A DNA stretch of 32,000 nucleotides from an uncultured Rhodospira sp. (GTDB lineage Bacteria > Pseudomonadota > Alphaproteobacteria > Rhodospirillales > Rhodospirillaceae): contig NZ_CAKZOT010000028.1 of NCBI RefSeq assembly GCF_937138205.1, forward strand, positions 1 to 32,000. Reading direction: 5' to 3'. Numbering within the stretch: position 1 is the stretch's first letter; each line of letters opens with the position of its first letter. This document shows positions 6,699-14,943 of the stretch, in pieces. Below the pieces are notes generated by a model, which was not told the DNA's origin, made no database searches, and saw only the letters and a list, made by a program, of their open reading frames with translations. Position numbers and translations under genes: made by a program.

Positions 6699-9600
6699 TC
6701 ACCGGGCCTGCGCCAGGGGAAAGTCCTGGATGGTTCCGCCGCTCTTGAACTGGGCCTGCTGCCGGTATCCCTTCTCGCTGGCGAACAGCGGGACATGCTG
6801 CTTCACCTCGGTGCCCAGTTCCAGGACGGTGGCGACGCCATCGCCGCTTCGCGTGGCCTCTTCGAGAGCGGTCAGCACGGCATGACCGAACACACCGTTG
6901 CTCTCGTTGTACCCGTCCAGCGCTTCTTCTTCGGTCGAAGACGCTGCGAGAATGAAATACCCCGTTTCATTGCCGATCTCGCCGGGCGTGTTGGCCGGAA
7001 ACGCTCCCGAATGGCACGTATCAAGCATGACCAGGGTATTGGCCCCCATCAGGGAGCCGAACAGGGAGATGAGCCGGTCCTGGTCGACCCCCACCGCCGA
7101 CGCGCCGCTCGCCCCGGGCCCGTCGTGGGTCAGGAAGCGGTATCGCCGATCCTCGGTCAGGGTCCCATGCCCCGCCAGATAGACGACGACCGTATCGTTC
7201 GGCTTGATGCGTTGGCCGACCTCGGCGAACGCGCTCTCCAGCCCCGAGACCGTCGCATCCTGGTCGAACCGCCGCACAACAATGACGTCGTCGTACGCCG
7301 TCGCGGGCATGGCCAACAGCTTTTCGGACACAGAAAGCGCGTCACGCCGCGCAAAGGCCAGGTCCTGGACGGCGTCATAGACGTCGATCCCGACCGCGAT
7401 GACGAAGAGGATCGGTTTCTCCTGCTTCTCGGGTTCCGGAACCTGCAGGGAAAGGGTCACGGACTTGCCGAACACCCCCGAGGCGCCATAGGCCCTGACG
7501 GACACCGTGTTCAGACCGGGCTTGACCGCAATAATCCGGTCGGCCTGGACCGTGCTTTCCCCGTCCTCGCCCCCCTCGTCGGCAACCACCTCGGGCCGCT
7601 GGCGCGACAGGCCGCGAGTCAGGGTGCCCGTCGTGCGCCCGTTCAGGAACACAACGTGCCGGTCAATGGCTTCAGAGCCCGGAGTCATTTCATAGACCAG
7701 GCGAACCCGATCGAACCCAGGCGGCAGCGTGGACACCGCCGCGGGGGACGTTGTCTCCTCGGTTCGGCGGCGTGACAGCCCGCGACGGGCGTGCTCGGCC
7801 GGGAAACAGGCGGCATCGGCGCCATCCGCGTCGACAGCGCAGTACCGCACCAGACGCACCTTCGGCGCCTTGGCGATCGCCTCGGCCACGCCGGGCGCTT
7901 CTTCGCGGTCGGGCGCGTATTCCTCTTCTTCGACCCGTGGGGGTGTCTCCAGCTCTATCCGGCCCACCCGCTGGCGCATCCGGTCGATATCATAGAAGCG
8001 GCTGTAGAGCTGTGAGAAGTCGATCCAACGCGCGACATTGCGCCGGCCCCGGTTCTGGACGTAGCCGGCCAGCTCCTGGCCGCCGGCCGAATGCGCGAAG
8101 CGGCCGTCGGGCGACCACAGGATCCATCGCTGTCCGTCACCATGCACGAACAGAGCCGCGATTTCCCGCAAAACAGGGCCGGGCTCCAGCGCATACCACC
8201 GGATCGTTCCGTCTCGATGCGCGGCGACAAGGCGGTCGCCGTCGCCCGAGGCCACGACCCCGGAGGCCGCCGTCAGCACCACCTTTTCCCGTGTCACGGC
8301 CCCATCCCCGGAGAAGGTGGTCACCGCATAGTCACTGCCGATGGCGACCCCGCCACCCGGCAGCATCGTCGCACTGCGCGCGATGTCGCGGGGCCGCGCC
8401 ATGTCGAGTGGCTGCCCGGCGATTGACGGCGTGCGTCCGTCGCGCCATCCGGTCAGCCCCTCCGGCACCGACGGCGCCGAAAATGCCGGTGCGGCCTCGG
8501 GGGCGTCGGTGAGCGTCAACGTCCGCGCGTCGAACCGCAGGACCTTCGAGGTGTCCCCGGTGCGGAAAGTGAAATCAACGACCGCGCCATCGCGGGAGAC
8601 ACGGAAGACATCATCAAAGATGCCCCGGAAATCGGCGGTGGCCGGGCCTTGCCGAAATGCCACCGTGCCCGTTTCGCCCGTGATCCGGCCCCAGGCGGGG
8701 TCCCCGGTCGCGAACAGGACGTCCTGGTCAGGCGTGGTTTCCAGACGCGTCACGGCATCGCGGCTGACCGGGATATCGACGAACGCGTCGGGCCGCTCCA
8801 GGTCAGCCCAGCGCCGCACCACGATCTTCCGATCGGGGTTGACGAGTCCGCCGGAGGCCCAAAGCTCCGGCCCCGCCGCACCGGTCCGCCAGGCGACGGC
8901 ACTGAAAAACCGTTCGTCGGTGTCGGGACGATCGCCGGCAAGGGTCCGCGCGTGTTCCAGCGTATCGGCCTCCAGAATATCGACGCGGGGCTGGTCCACG
9001 TATGTCACGGCCAGCCACCGTCCATCGGGCGAAAAGCGCGCCTGGGCCGGCCGGCCGGATTCCGCCTGCCACGACTGAACGGTCTCGAACCCCACGCCGT
9101 AGACGCGAACCACCCCGTTGGTCGCCGCGGCCGCAAGGCGGCCATCGGGCGCGAACTCGACCCACGTCGTGGGCGCCCCAAGATCATCCGAGAAGACGCG
9201 TTGCAGCCGCTCGTTAATCACAATGATCCCGGCGGGATTGCGGGAGTGCGCGGTCGCGAGGCGGGTTTCGCGGGCCTCGGGCGCGGCGCGAAAGGTATCG
9301 ATGGCGTTGACAATGCCGCCGCTGGCCACGCGGTCGATGACATCAAGGCCGGAGGCAAAACGGATGAAGTACAGAAGGTTGAAACGCCGCCCCTGCTCGT
9401 CGGCGAAATAGCGGGCGCCCGTGAACCCGGCGGTGATGATGTGGCTTTCCCCCGGCCAATATCGGACGGCATTGAGAATGCCTTCCTCTTCGGGTCCGAT
9501 GGGCGTCCGGACGGTCTCAAGCAGTTCACCTGTGGTGGCGTCCCATAACCGCAACGTTTTATCGTCGGAAACAGTGGCCACGACCTTACCGTCGGCCCGC

Positions 9601-9794
9601 ACCGTCATGTCGCGAATTGTGCTGGTGTGGGAGCCGGTTTCGATCCGAAGGATCGGGTCCGTCGGCAGGCCGTCCGCGCGGGCGGCCGTGCTGACCAACC
9701 CATGACTCATTGCCAGGGTCACCAGACCCACCAGACCCCAACACAGGCGAACCGCAATGCGCCACAGCGGCGGCTGCTCGGCCGTCATGACCAT
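6699..9794 (-). CDS. Exported WD40/beta-propeller protein with C-terminal caspase-like (peptidase C14) domain
   Basis: Signal-peptide-like N-terminus: LWRIAVRLCWGLVGLVTLAMSHGLVSTAARA/DG. One classic WD40 blade (HTSTIRDMTVRADGKVVATVSDDKTLRLWD) is followed by degenerate blades (DRLVAAHRDGTIRWY, WILWSPDGRFAHS...). The C-terminal caspase fold has ILFVIAVGIDVYD, VVVYLAGHGT (catalytic His) and LVMLDTCHSGAF (catalytic Cys). I favour the ATG at 9794 (GGGAG 7 nt upstream); the track start at 9821 is also possible. Confidence 0.85.
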   Translation of the reverse strand: MVMTAEQPPLWRIAVRLCWGLVGLVTLAMSHGLVSTAARADGLPTDPILRIETGSHTSTIRDMTVRADGKVVATVSDDKTLRLWDATTGELLETVRTPIGPEEEGILNAVRYWPGESHIITAGFTGARYFADEQGRRFNLLYFIRFASGLDVIDRVASGGIVNAIDTFRAAPEARETRLATAHSRNPAGIIVINERLQRVFSDDLGAPTTWVEFAPDGRLAAAATNGVVRVYGVGFETVQSWQAESGRPAQARFSPDGRWLAVTYVDQPRVDILEADTLEHARTLAGDRPDTDERFFSAVAWRTGAAGPELWASGGLVNPDRKIVVRRWADLERPDAFVDIPVSRDAVTRLETTPDQDVLFATGDPAWGRITGETGTVAFRQGPATADFRGIFDDVFRVSRDGAVVDFTFRTGDTSKVLRFDARTLTLTDAPEAAPAFSAPSVPEGLTGWRDGRTPSIAGQPLDMARPRDIARSATMLPGGGVAIGSDYAVTTFSGDGAVTREKVVLTAASGVVASGDGDRLVAAHRDGTIRWYALEPGPVLREIAALFVHGDGQRWILWSPDGRFAHSAGGQELAGYVQNRGRRNVARWIDFSQLYSRFYDIDRMRQRVGRIELETPPRVEEEEYAPDREEAPGVAEAIAKAPKVRLVRYCAVDADGADAACFPAEHARRGLSRRRTEETTSPAAVSTLPPGFDRVRLVYEMTPGSEAIDRHVVFLNGRTTGTLTRGLSRQRPEVVADEGGEDGESTVQADRIIAVKPGLNTVSVRAYGASGVFGKSVTLSLQVPEPEKQEKPILFVIAVGIDVYDAVQDLAFARRDALSVSEKLLAMPATAYDDVIVVRRFDQDATVSGLESAFAEVGQRIKPNDTVVVYLAGHGTLTEDRRYRFLTHDGPGASGASAVGVDQDRLISLFGSLMGANTLVMLDTCHSGAFPANTPGEIGNETGYFILAASSTEEEALDGYNESNGVFGHAVLTALEEATRSGDGVATVLELGTEVKQHVPLFASEKGYRQQAQFKSGGTIQDFPLAQAR

Positions 9795-9840
9795 CGTCAA
9801 ACTCCCTGAGTCGTCTGTCATCGCCGGCGTGTGACGGGGG

Positions 9841-9880
9841 CTCCACTGGGAACTCCACTGGGAACTCCACTGGGGGCTCC
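9841..9880. repeat. 12-bp tandem repeat (ctccactgggaa x3 plus a partial copy) in the intergenic spacer
   Basis: ctccactgggaa ctccactgggaa ctccactggggg ctcc, read directly at 9841-9880. It lies between the stop of the SH3 lipoprotein gene (9984) and the start of the WD40-caspase gene. Confidence 0.75.
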
Positions 9881-9983
9881 GCCAGCCCTTCTCGTTCGGA
9901 TCACGTCACCCGCGCACGGTCCCGGTCCCCGCTTCGGAACCGGTTCCGCGCAAACGGTTGCAAAGCCGAGGCCCCAAGGGGCA

Positions 9984-11048
9984 TCAGCTGAGGGTGAAGG
10001 CGTCGGTTTGCGCCTTGGACGTCGCCACTTCCTCGTACACGCGATCCCGCTTCTCGACATTGGCCAGGCTGACGGCCTGCAGGTCGCCGACCTTGTCCCG
10101 CTCGTTCGAGGGCAGAACCACGTCGTCAACGCGCCCGGGAGGAAGCGGTTTTTCCGCCGGCCGGTTCTCGATTCGCGCCGAAGCCGGACCGGCCCCGCGA
10201 CCGCGACCGATCAGGAAATCGGCGATGTAGGCTTGGCCGCCGTTCGGATTGACGATCCGCGACCACCCGTTCGCGCTCGACAAGACTGTCACACGGGTTC
10301 CCCGGGTCAGGCGGCCCACCTTGTCGTACTGCGTTCCGGGTCCCGACCGCAAATTGGCGGTGCGCGTCACGCGCGCGCCACCGCCCTGGGACAGGCGCGG
10401 CGCATTGACCTCAAGCTGCCGGCCGCCGTTGTCCGCCGCGATCTGGTTGTAGACGGCCGCATAGCCCTCGGTTCGGTCGGAAATGTTGCTGGCGATGCGC
10501 TCCATCTGTCGCACGTCTTCCTGGTACCGTTCGCGCACAGCGGCCATGCGCTCCTCGGCGACGGCGCGCGTGATGCGGCCGGCGTCAAGGGCCTCGCGGA
10601 TGTCCTGGGCCTCGTCGTACCGGCACCCGCGCAACGCCTCGAACCGGGTCAGCAGCAGGTCGATGCGGGTGTTTTCCTCGCGAACACCCTTGATGGCCGC
10701 CTCCGTAAGTTCGACCGAATTGCCGGTCTGCCGTTGAAGGTCGTACAACAGAGTTCCGGCGAGCGCGGCCGCGGCGCCCAGACCGGCCCCGACAAACGGA
10801 TTCTCATCGGCGAGCAGCGCCCCCAGGGCACCCGCCCCCGCCCCCAACAGGACATTGCGGAGCACCTCGGTTTCGAACGTGTTGCCGGTGCTGTCCAGGG
10901 CGGCCCGTTGGGCGTAGCATTTGTCGTCCTTGTCGGACAGATACCCCCCGGGAAGGATGCTGCCGATATTCGTTGTCTGGCAACCGCCAAGGACCAGCGC
11001 CGTCGCGACCGCCGTTGTCATGAAAAAGCGAGACCTCGTGTACGTCAT
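9984..11048 (-). CDS. Lipoprotein with Gly-zipper region, coiled-coil segment and bacterial SH3 domain
   Basis: ATG at 11048 with GGAGG 8 nt upstream. The lipobox is MTYTRSRFFMTTAVATALVLGG/C. There is a Gly/Ala-rich zipper (LLGAGAGALGALLA...GAGLGAAAALAG) and an SH3_3-like segment (ANLRSGPGTQYDKVGRLTRGTRVTVLSSANGWSRIVNPNGGQAYIADFLI). Confidence 0.75.
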   Translation of the reverse strand: MTYTRSRFFMTTAVATALVLGGCQTTNIGSILPGGYLSDKDDKCYAQRAALDSTGNTFETEVLRNVLLGAGAGALGALLADENPFVGAGLGAAAALAGTLLYDLQRQTGNSVELTEAAIKGVREENTRIDLLLTRFEALRGCRYDEAQDIREALDAGRITRAVAEERMAAVRERYQEDVRQMERIASNISDRTEGYAAVYNQIAADNGGRQLEVNAPRLSQGGGARVTRTANLRSGPGTQYDKVGRLTRGTRVTVLSSANGWSRIVNPNGGQAYIADFLIGRGRGAGPASARIENRPAEKPLPPGRVDDVVLPSNERDKVGDLQAVSLANVEKRDRVYEEVATSKAQTDAFTLS

Positions 11049-11076
11049 AAAAGATGCCTCCGCTGAAAGCCCAGGA

Positions 11077-12465
11077 TCAGGACGGGTCACTGACATACCC
11101 CACCAACAAAGGGGTGGGAACGTCGGCGTGGTGCAAGGCCAGATGGAACGGACGGTCGGCGACAAAGGTGAACGGCTCGGAGCCCGCCGTGCGCAGGCCG
11201 ATGACCGCCGTCGCGGCGGCGGCGACGGTGCCTTGCTCCGTCACCTCCACCACCGAGCGCTGCACCACATTGGTCACCGACGGAGGGATGCTGCCCTGGA
11301 TGCCCTGAATGGCCGCGCTGTCGCCGAGCAACGCGCCCATGCCCAGGGAAGACAACAGGCGTGTGAGTTCCATTTTCCGGTCCAGTGACAGTCGTGGCAG
11401 GCTCACGGTTCCCTCGCCCGGCCGGGTCGTCTCCGTGTGGTCGGTTGTGAACAGCCAGGCCAAGGATTCGGACCGCGCCGCGCTCGGGTCGCTATCCGTA
11501 TCAGGCAGGTACAACGTCAGCGACAGCTTCGGGTCGATGTAAAACAGACGAACGACCTGCCCATGCTCCGTGCGGGCATAGGGGAAGACGCCGGCGCGGG
11601 ACATCATGGGAACCTGCACCGGGCTCCCTGCTCCGGTCTGGAACGGACCGTCGGCCGTATCGGTCGGATCGAAGGGCCGCAACCAATCGCCCTTGAAATA
11701 GAACGCGTTGGTCAGGACGAGGCTGGTCTGCCTGGGGAGCCTGTCGACGATGGCCTCGACCGCGTTGTTTGTCTCCGCCGCGACCCAGTCGTTGATCGTC
11801 TTGCTCGGTTCGCCGGTGGCGAAGTCGATGGAAAAGACTTCGCCACCGAACACGGACTGCATTTGGTGCGAATAGTCCGGCGTCAACGTGTAGCCCGGCG
11901 CCAGCCACAGGGCGTTGGCAAACGTCACCGTGGCTTTTTCCGACGGCGGCAAATCATTGATCGCGGCCAAACTCTCATACGGAACCCCCACGGCCTCACG
12001 GATGGACTCCCTGAGGGGGGCCCTGGTGGCCTCGCCGATCATGCTGACGGCGATCTCCATGCTGGCCGGCGACAGCACCACATTGCCGTCCCCCTGGTCC
12101 AGCAATCCCTGGTACACCCGGGCGCCCAGGGTTTCGGCTGGCGGATCAAGGGCGACGACCGACGAGGGGATCGCCATCGCGCCGGCCGGATCGGGTTGCC
12201 CGCCCTCCGCCACGACCGTTCCGCCACCGTTCTGCGAGGACTCCGTCCCCGTCTGGGCGAAGGCCGGTGAGGCCAACGACACCAGCGGCTGGCCGCCGCG
12301 ACCCCGCTCGATCCCCGTGCCCGGCGCCATGCCGTCAATGGCCAGGCCGCAGCCGGCCCACACGCCCACAGCCCCCATCAGGGCGGCCCGGCAGGTGCGC
12401 CGCAGCCCGGATCCGCGGACCGATGGACGGTACCGTCCCTCCACGGGGATTGCATGGCCGCTCAT
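11077..12465 (-). CDS. Serpin (serine protease inhibitor), exported or lipoprotein-like
   Basis: Serpin core motifs: LVLTNAFYFKGDWLRPFD, VQVPMMS, and the reactive-centre-loop hinge VVEVTEQGTVAAAATAVIGLRTAGS followed by FVADRPFHLAL. The N-terminus has RR plus a hydrophobic stretch plus VWAGC (signal/lipobox-like). GGAGAAAGGGA precedes the ATG at 12465. Confidence 0.9.
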   Translation of the reverse strand: MSGHAIPVEGRYRPSVRGSGLRRTCRAALMGAVGVWAGCGLAIDGMAPGTGIERGRGGQPLVSLASPAFAQTGTESSQNGGGTVVAEGGQPDPAGAMAIPSSVVALDPPAETLGARVYQGLLDQGDGNVVLSPASMEIAVSMIGEATRAPLRESIREAVGVPYESLAAINDLPPSEKATVTFANALWLAPGYTLTPDYSHQMQSVFGGEVFSIDFATGEPSKTINDWVAAETNNAVEAIVDRLPRQTSLVLTNAFYFKGDWLRPFDPTDTADGPFQTGAGSPVQVPMMSRAGVFPYARTEHGQVVRLFYIDPKLSLTLYLPDTDSDPSAARSESLAWLFTTDHTETTRPGEGTVSLPRLSLDRKMELTRLLSSLGMGALLGDSAAIQGIQGSIPPSVTNVVQRSVVEVTEQGTVAAAATAVIGLRTAGSEPFTFVADRPFHLALHHADVPTPLLVGYVSDPS

Positions 12466-12537
12466 GTCTTCGTCCCTTTCTCCAATCGGTGGCTGACTGG
12501 CACTGGGCCCGGATCACCCTCCGCCCGCACGCGCCGT

Positions 12538-14943
12538 TCAGGGGAGAACCCGGTAGGTCGACTTGGCCATGGACCAGCGCGCCCGCCGAACGTTGGAATC
12601 CGCGCCGACCGTAGGCTGACGCAGCTGTTTCGCCAAGGTATCGATGAAAGCCTGAGGACCAGAGACCGCCAGCACTTCGTCCAACAAGGCCTGATCCAGG
12701 GGCGCCTCGGACACCACGGCCACCAGCAGATACTCGCCCGCCGGGGGCGCAACGGTGAACCATTCGTAGCCAGTGTTCAAGACATCGGGGACAACCTGTG
12801 ACTGTCCCGGCCGAATGACATACCGGTCGATGTAGGATTGTGGAGCCGGGATGACGCGACTTACGGTGCCCGACGGGCCAACCTCGAACAGCGTGAAGTG
12901 TCCCCCCAGGTCCGTATCGACCCGGATGCGGATGCGGTCGCCGATGGGCCGGTCCGGGGTGGGTTCGACCCGGATGGCCAACTGGGCCTCGGACGGCGGC
13001 GGATTGAGTCCCCCATTGATGGCGTCTCCCGGATCGTTCGCCGCCGCGCCCGTGACGACGTCTGAACTCAGGACCGCCCGCCGCGCCGACAGACCCGGCG
13101 TCAGGCCAAGCCCGCAGATGTCACGGTTCCGCTGGCAGTACGCCTCTGATTCCTCCGTCACGTAGTCGAGCAACTCGGCATGGCTGACGACGCCGTCGTG
13201 GTCGAAATCGGCCTTCAATTCGGCGATGCCGGCAACGAAACGCCCGGTGAAGACCCCTTGGGGAACAGGAGTCTCGTCGTCGACCAGCGCGAGCTGGCTC
13301 GGGCTGACCGCCGTCCAGGTCGTGACATGGCTGTCCAGGGCCTCGAATCCAGGCGCCAGTTGAGCCGCGCGCGTGCTTCCCCGCGTGGGGCTCGCCACCG
13401 CCCGCCACGGCGTTCCTGACGGCATACGGCGCAGGCTTCGGTTCTGGGCGGGACCGAAACCCCGCGTCATGGTCCCCGCGTGGCAGCTGTCGATAACCAC
13501 GGTGACCTGTCTGTCGGGTATCCGCGCCAGCAGCGCGCGGATCTCGTCGTCGCGGATGACGTTCTTGACGCCGTCCTCCTGGGCGGATCCATCCTGGGCC
13601 ACCAGAACCTCATCGGTTCCGTCGCTTTCGTCACCGTCATCATCCGCCACGCTGAAACCATGTCCGGAAAACGACAGGAACACCCGGCCGCCGGGTTTCG
13701 AACCCTCGACAAGCCAGCTCTCGATCGCGGCGAGAATGCCGTCGCGTGTGGCGGCGGAGTCCTTGAGAACCTTCACCTGATCCGTCTGGTAGCCAAAATG
13801 CTCGACCAGGAGGGTTGCCATGTTGTCGGCGTCGACGGTCGAGCCGACCAGGTCGTTGAGGTCGCCGACATAGTCGTCAATGCCGATGACAAGCGCGCGG
13901 TCTGAATCCGTGGGGGTCGGCGGCGGCGGCGGTGCCGGCTGGCCATTGTAGCGCGGGAGCGCGACGTATTGCTCGATCCACGAGGCGTACGCCGAAACGC
14001 GGGTGTAGACGCTGGGTTTCGGAAGGCACGGGACGGCCTCCGAGCCGGGGCCCCAACTGGTCAATCCGATTTGATAGTATTGCCCGTCCGCCGCGCGGGT
14101 CAGAATGGGCCCCCCGGAGTCCCCTTTGCAGGTATCGGAGACCCCAACGCCGGCGCATATCTGGTTCTCGGTGATCAGCCCCCTCAGGTTCGGCGTCATC
14201 TGACGCCGGCAGTCCGGCACCGAGACCACCGGAACCTCCGCGCGCAGGAGCTGTTCCGACGTGGCGGTCCCGCGTCGATCCGTCCGCCCCCAGCCGACGA
14301 CGACCGCGTCTTGGCCGGATTGCTCGACCTGCGCGGCAACCGGTCCGACACCGAGGCGGACGGTCGGCACGTCAAGGTCGTCCTCCAGTTCCAGCAGCGC
14401 AATGTCGTGCAGCTCTCCGTTCGTGGAAATGTAGTCCGGATGAACAATGGCCCGAGTGACTTGCGACGCGGGGCCATAGGTACGGACCTTGCCGGGCGCC
14501 ACCACGTCGGGCCGACGGACGTTGCCGGCCTGCACAATGACCGTGGCGGTCCCCCGGACCGGATCCAGGATGACGCGGTTATCCTCATCGTAAACACAAT
14601 GCGCGGCGGTGAGCACCCAGCGGGGCGCGACCACGGTCCCGCCGCACATGATGTTCCCCTCGCGCTTTGCAATGAAGAGGAAGGCCTGATACGGCCAAGC
14701 GTTCGCGCGAGCGGGCCTGCCGCCGATGATCCGCGTCCCCCCCGAGGGGAGGACGGGACGGTTGGCGGGGCGCACCAGGCGGTCCTCACCGCTCGCCTGG
14801 TCACCGGACGGGTCTTGAGTCCCGCCCCGAACGATTTCGAACCGCGGCAGTCCGCCCTCTGCCCGCGCGCTGTTGCTTCCAAACAGGACCGCCACCGCGG
14901 CCACGGCGATCAGCAGCACCCCCAGGATTGAACGGTTCAGCAT
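12538..14943 (-). CDS. Exported fusion protein: trypsin-like S1 serine protease + caspase-like C14 domain + EF-hand-like loop + DUF4384-like C-terminal domain
   Basis: Signal peptide MLNRSILGVLLIAVAAVAVLFGSNSARA/EG. The S1 triad is present: RIIGG...LTAAHCV (His), DIALLEL (Asp), DTCKGDSGGP (Ser; the Asp six residues before it is the trypsin-type S1 pocket). A Pro-rich linker (PAPPPPPTP) follows. The caspase part has LVIGIDDY, FLSFSGHGFS (His) and VVIDSCHAGT (Cys). The DxDxDG loop is DFDHDGVVSHAELLDY, and the C-terminal beta-rich segment is IRIRVDTDLGGHFTLFEVGPSGTV...GEYLLVAVVS. Confidence 0.9.
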   Translation of the reverse strand: MLNRSILGVLLIAVAAVAVLFGSNSARAEGGLPRFEIVRGGTQDPSGDQASGEDRLVRPANRPVLPSGGTRIIGGRPARANAWPYQAFLFIAKREGNIMCGGTVVAPRWVLTAAHCVYDEDNRVILDPVRGTATVIVQAGNVRRPDVVAPGKVRTYGPASQVTRAIVHPDYISTNGELHDIALLELEDDLDVPTVRLGVGPVAAQVEQSGQDAVVVGWGRTDRRGTATSEQLLRAEVPVVSVPDCRRQMTPNLRGLITENQICAGVGVSDTCKGDSGGPILTRAADGQYYQIGLTSWGPGSEAVPCLPKPSVYTRVSAYASWIEQYVALPRYNGQPAPPPPPTPTDSDRALVIGIDDYVGDLNDLVGSTVDADNMATLLVEHFGYQTDQVKVLKDSAATRDGILAAIESWLVEGSKPGGRVFLSFSGHGFSVADDDGDESDGTDEVLVAQDGSAQEDGVKNVIRDDEIRALLARIPDRQVTVVIDSCHAGTMTRGFGPAQNRSLRRMPSGTPWRAVASPTRGSTRAAQLAPGFEALDSHVTTWTAVSPSQLALVDDETPVPQGVFTGRFVAGIAELKADFDHDGVVSHAELLDYVTEESEAYCQRNRDICGLGLTPGLSARRAVLSSDVVTGAAANDPGDAINGGLNPPPSEAQLAIRVEPTPDRPIGDRIRIRVDTDLGGHFTLFEVGPSGTVSRVIPAPQSYIDRYVIRPGQSQVVPDVLNTGYEWFTVAPPAGEYLLVAVVSEAPLDQALLDEVLAVSGPQAFIDTLAKQLRQPTVGADSNVRRARWSMAKSTYRVLP

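Noticed and set aside
5224-6702. 492-aa minus-strand ORF
   Set aside because: It is antisense to the patatin gene, whose catalytic motifs are unambiguous. The composition is Arg/Gly-rich and no motifs are present.
6795-9548. Several 245-326-aa plus-strand ORFs (6795-7775, 7751-8512, 8341-9078, 8649-9548)
   Set aside because: All are antisense or off-frame to the WD40-caspase gene. They are low-complexity and Arg/Pro/Gly-rich.
9841-9880. Possible CRISPR or coding repeat (PSGV PSGV PSGA in ORF 9818-10129)
   Set aside because: The repeats are contiguous 12-mers with no spacers, so this is not a CRISPR. The ORF containing them is an Arg/Pro-rich shadow frame in an intergenic gap.
9831-11066. 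411-aa plus-strand ORF
   Set aside because: It is antisense to the SH3 lipoprotein gene, which has an RBS, a lipobox and an SH3 motif. No motifs are present and the composition is Arg-rich.
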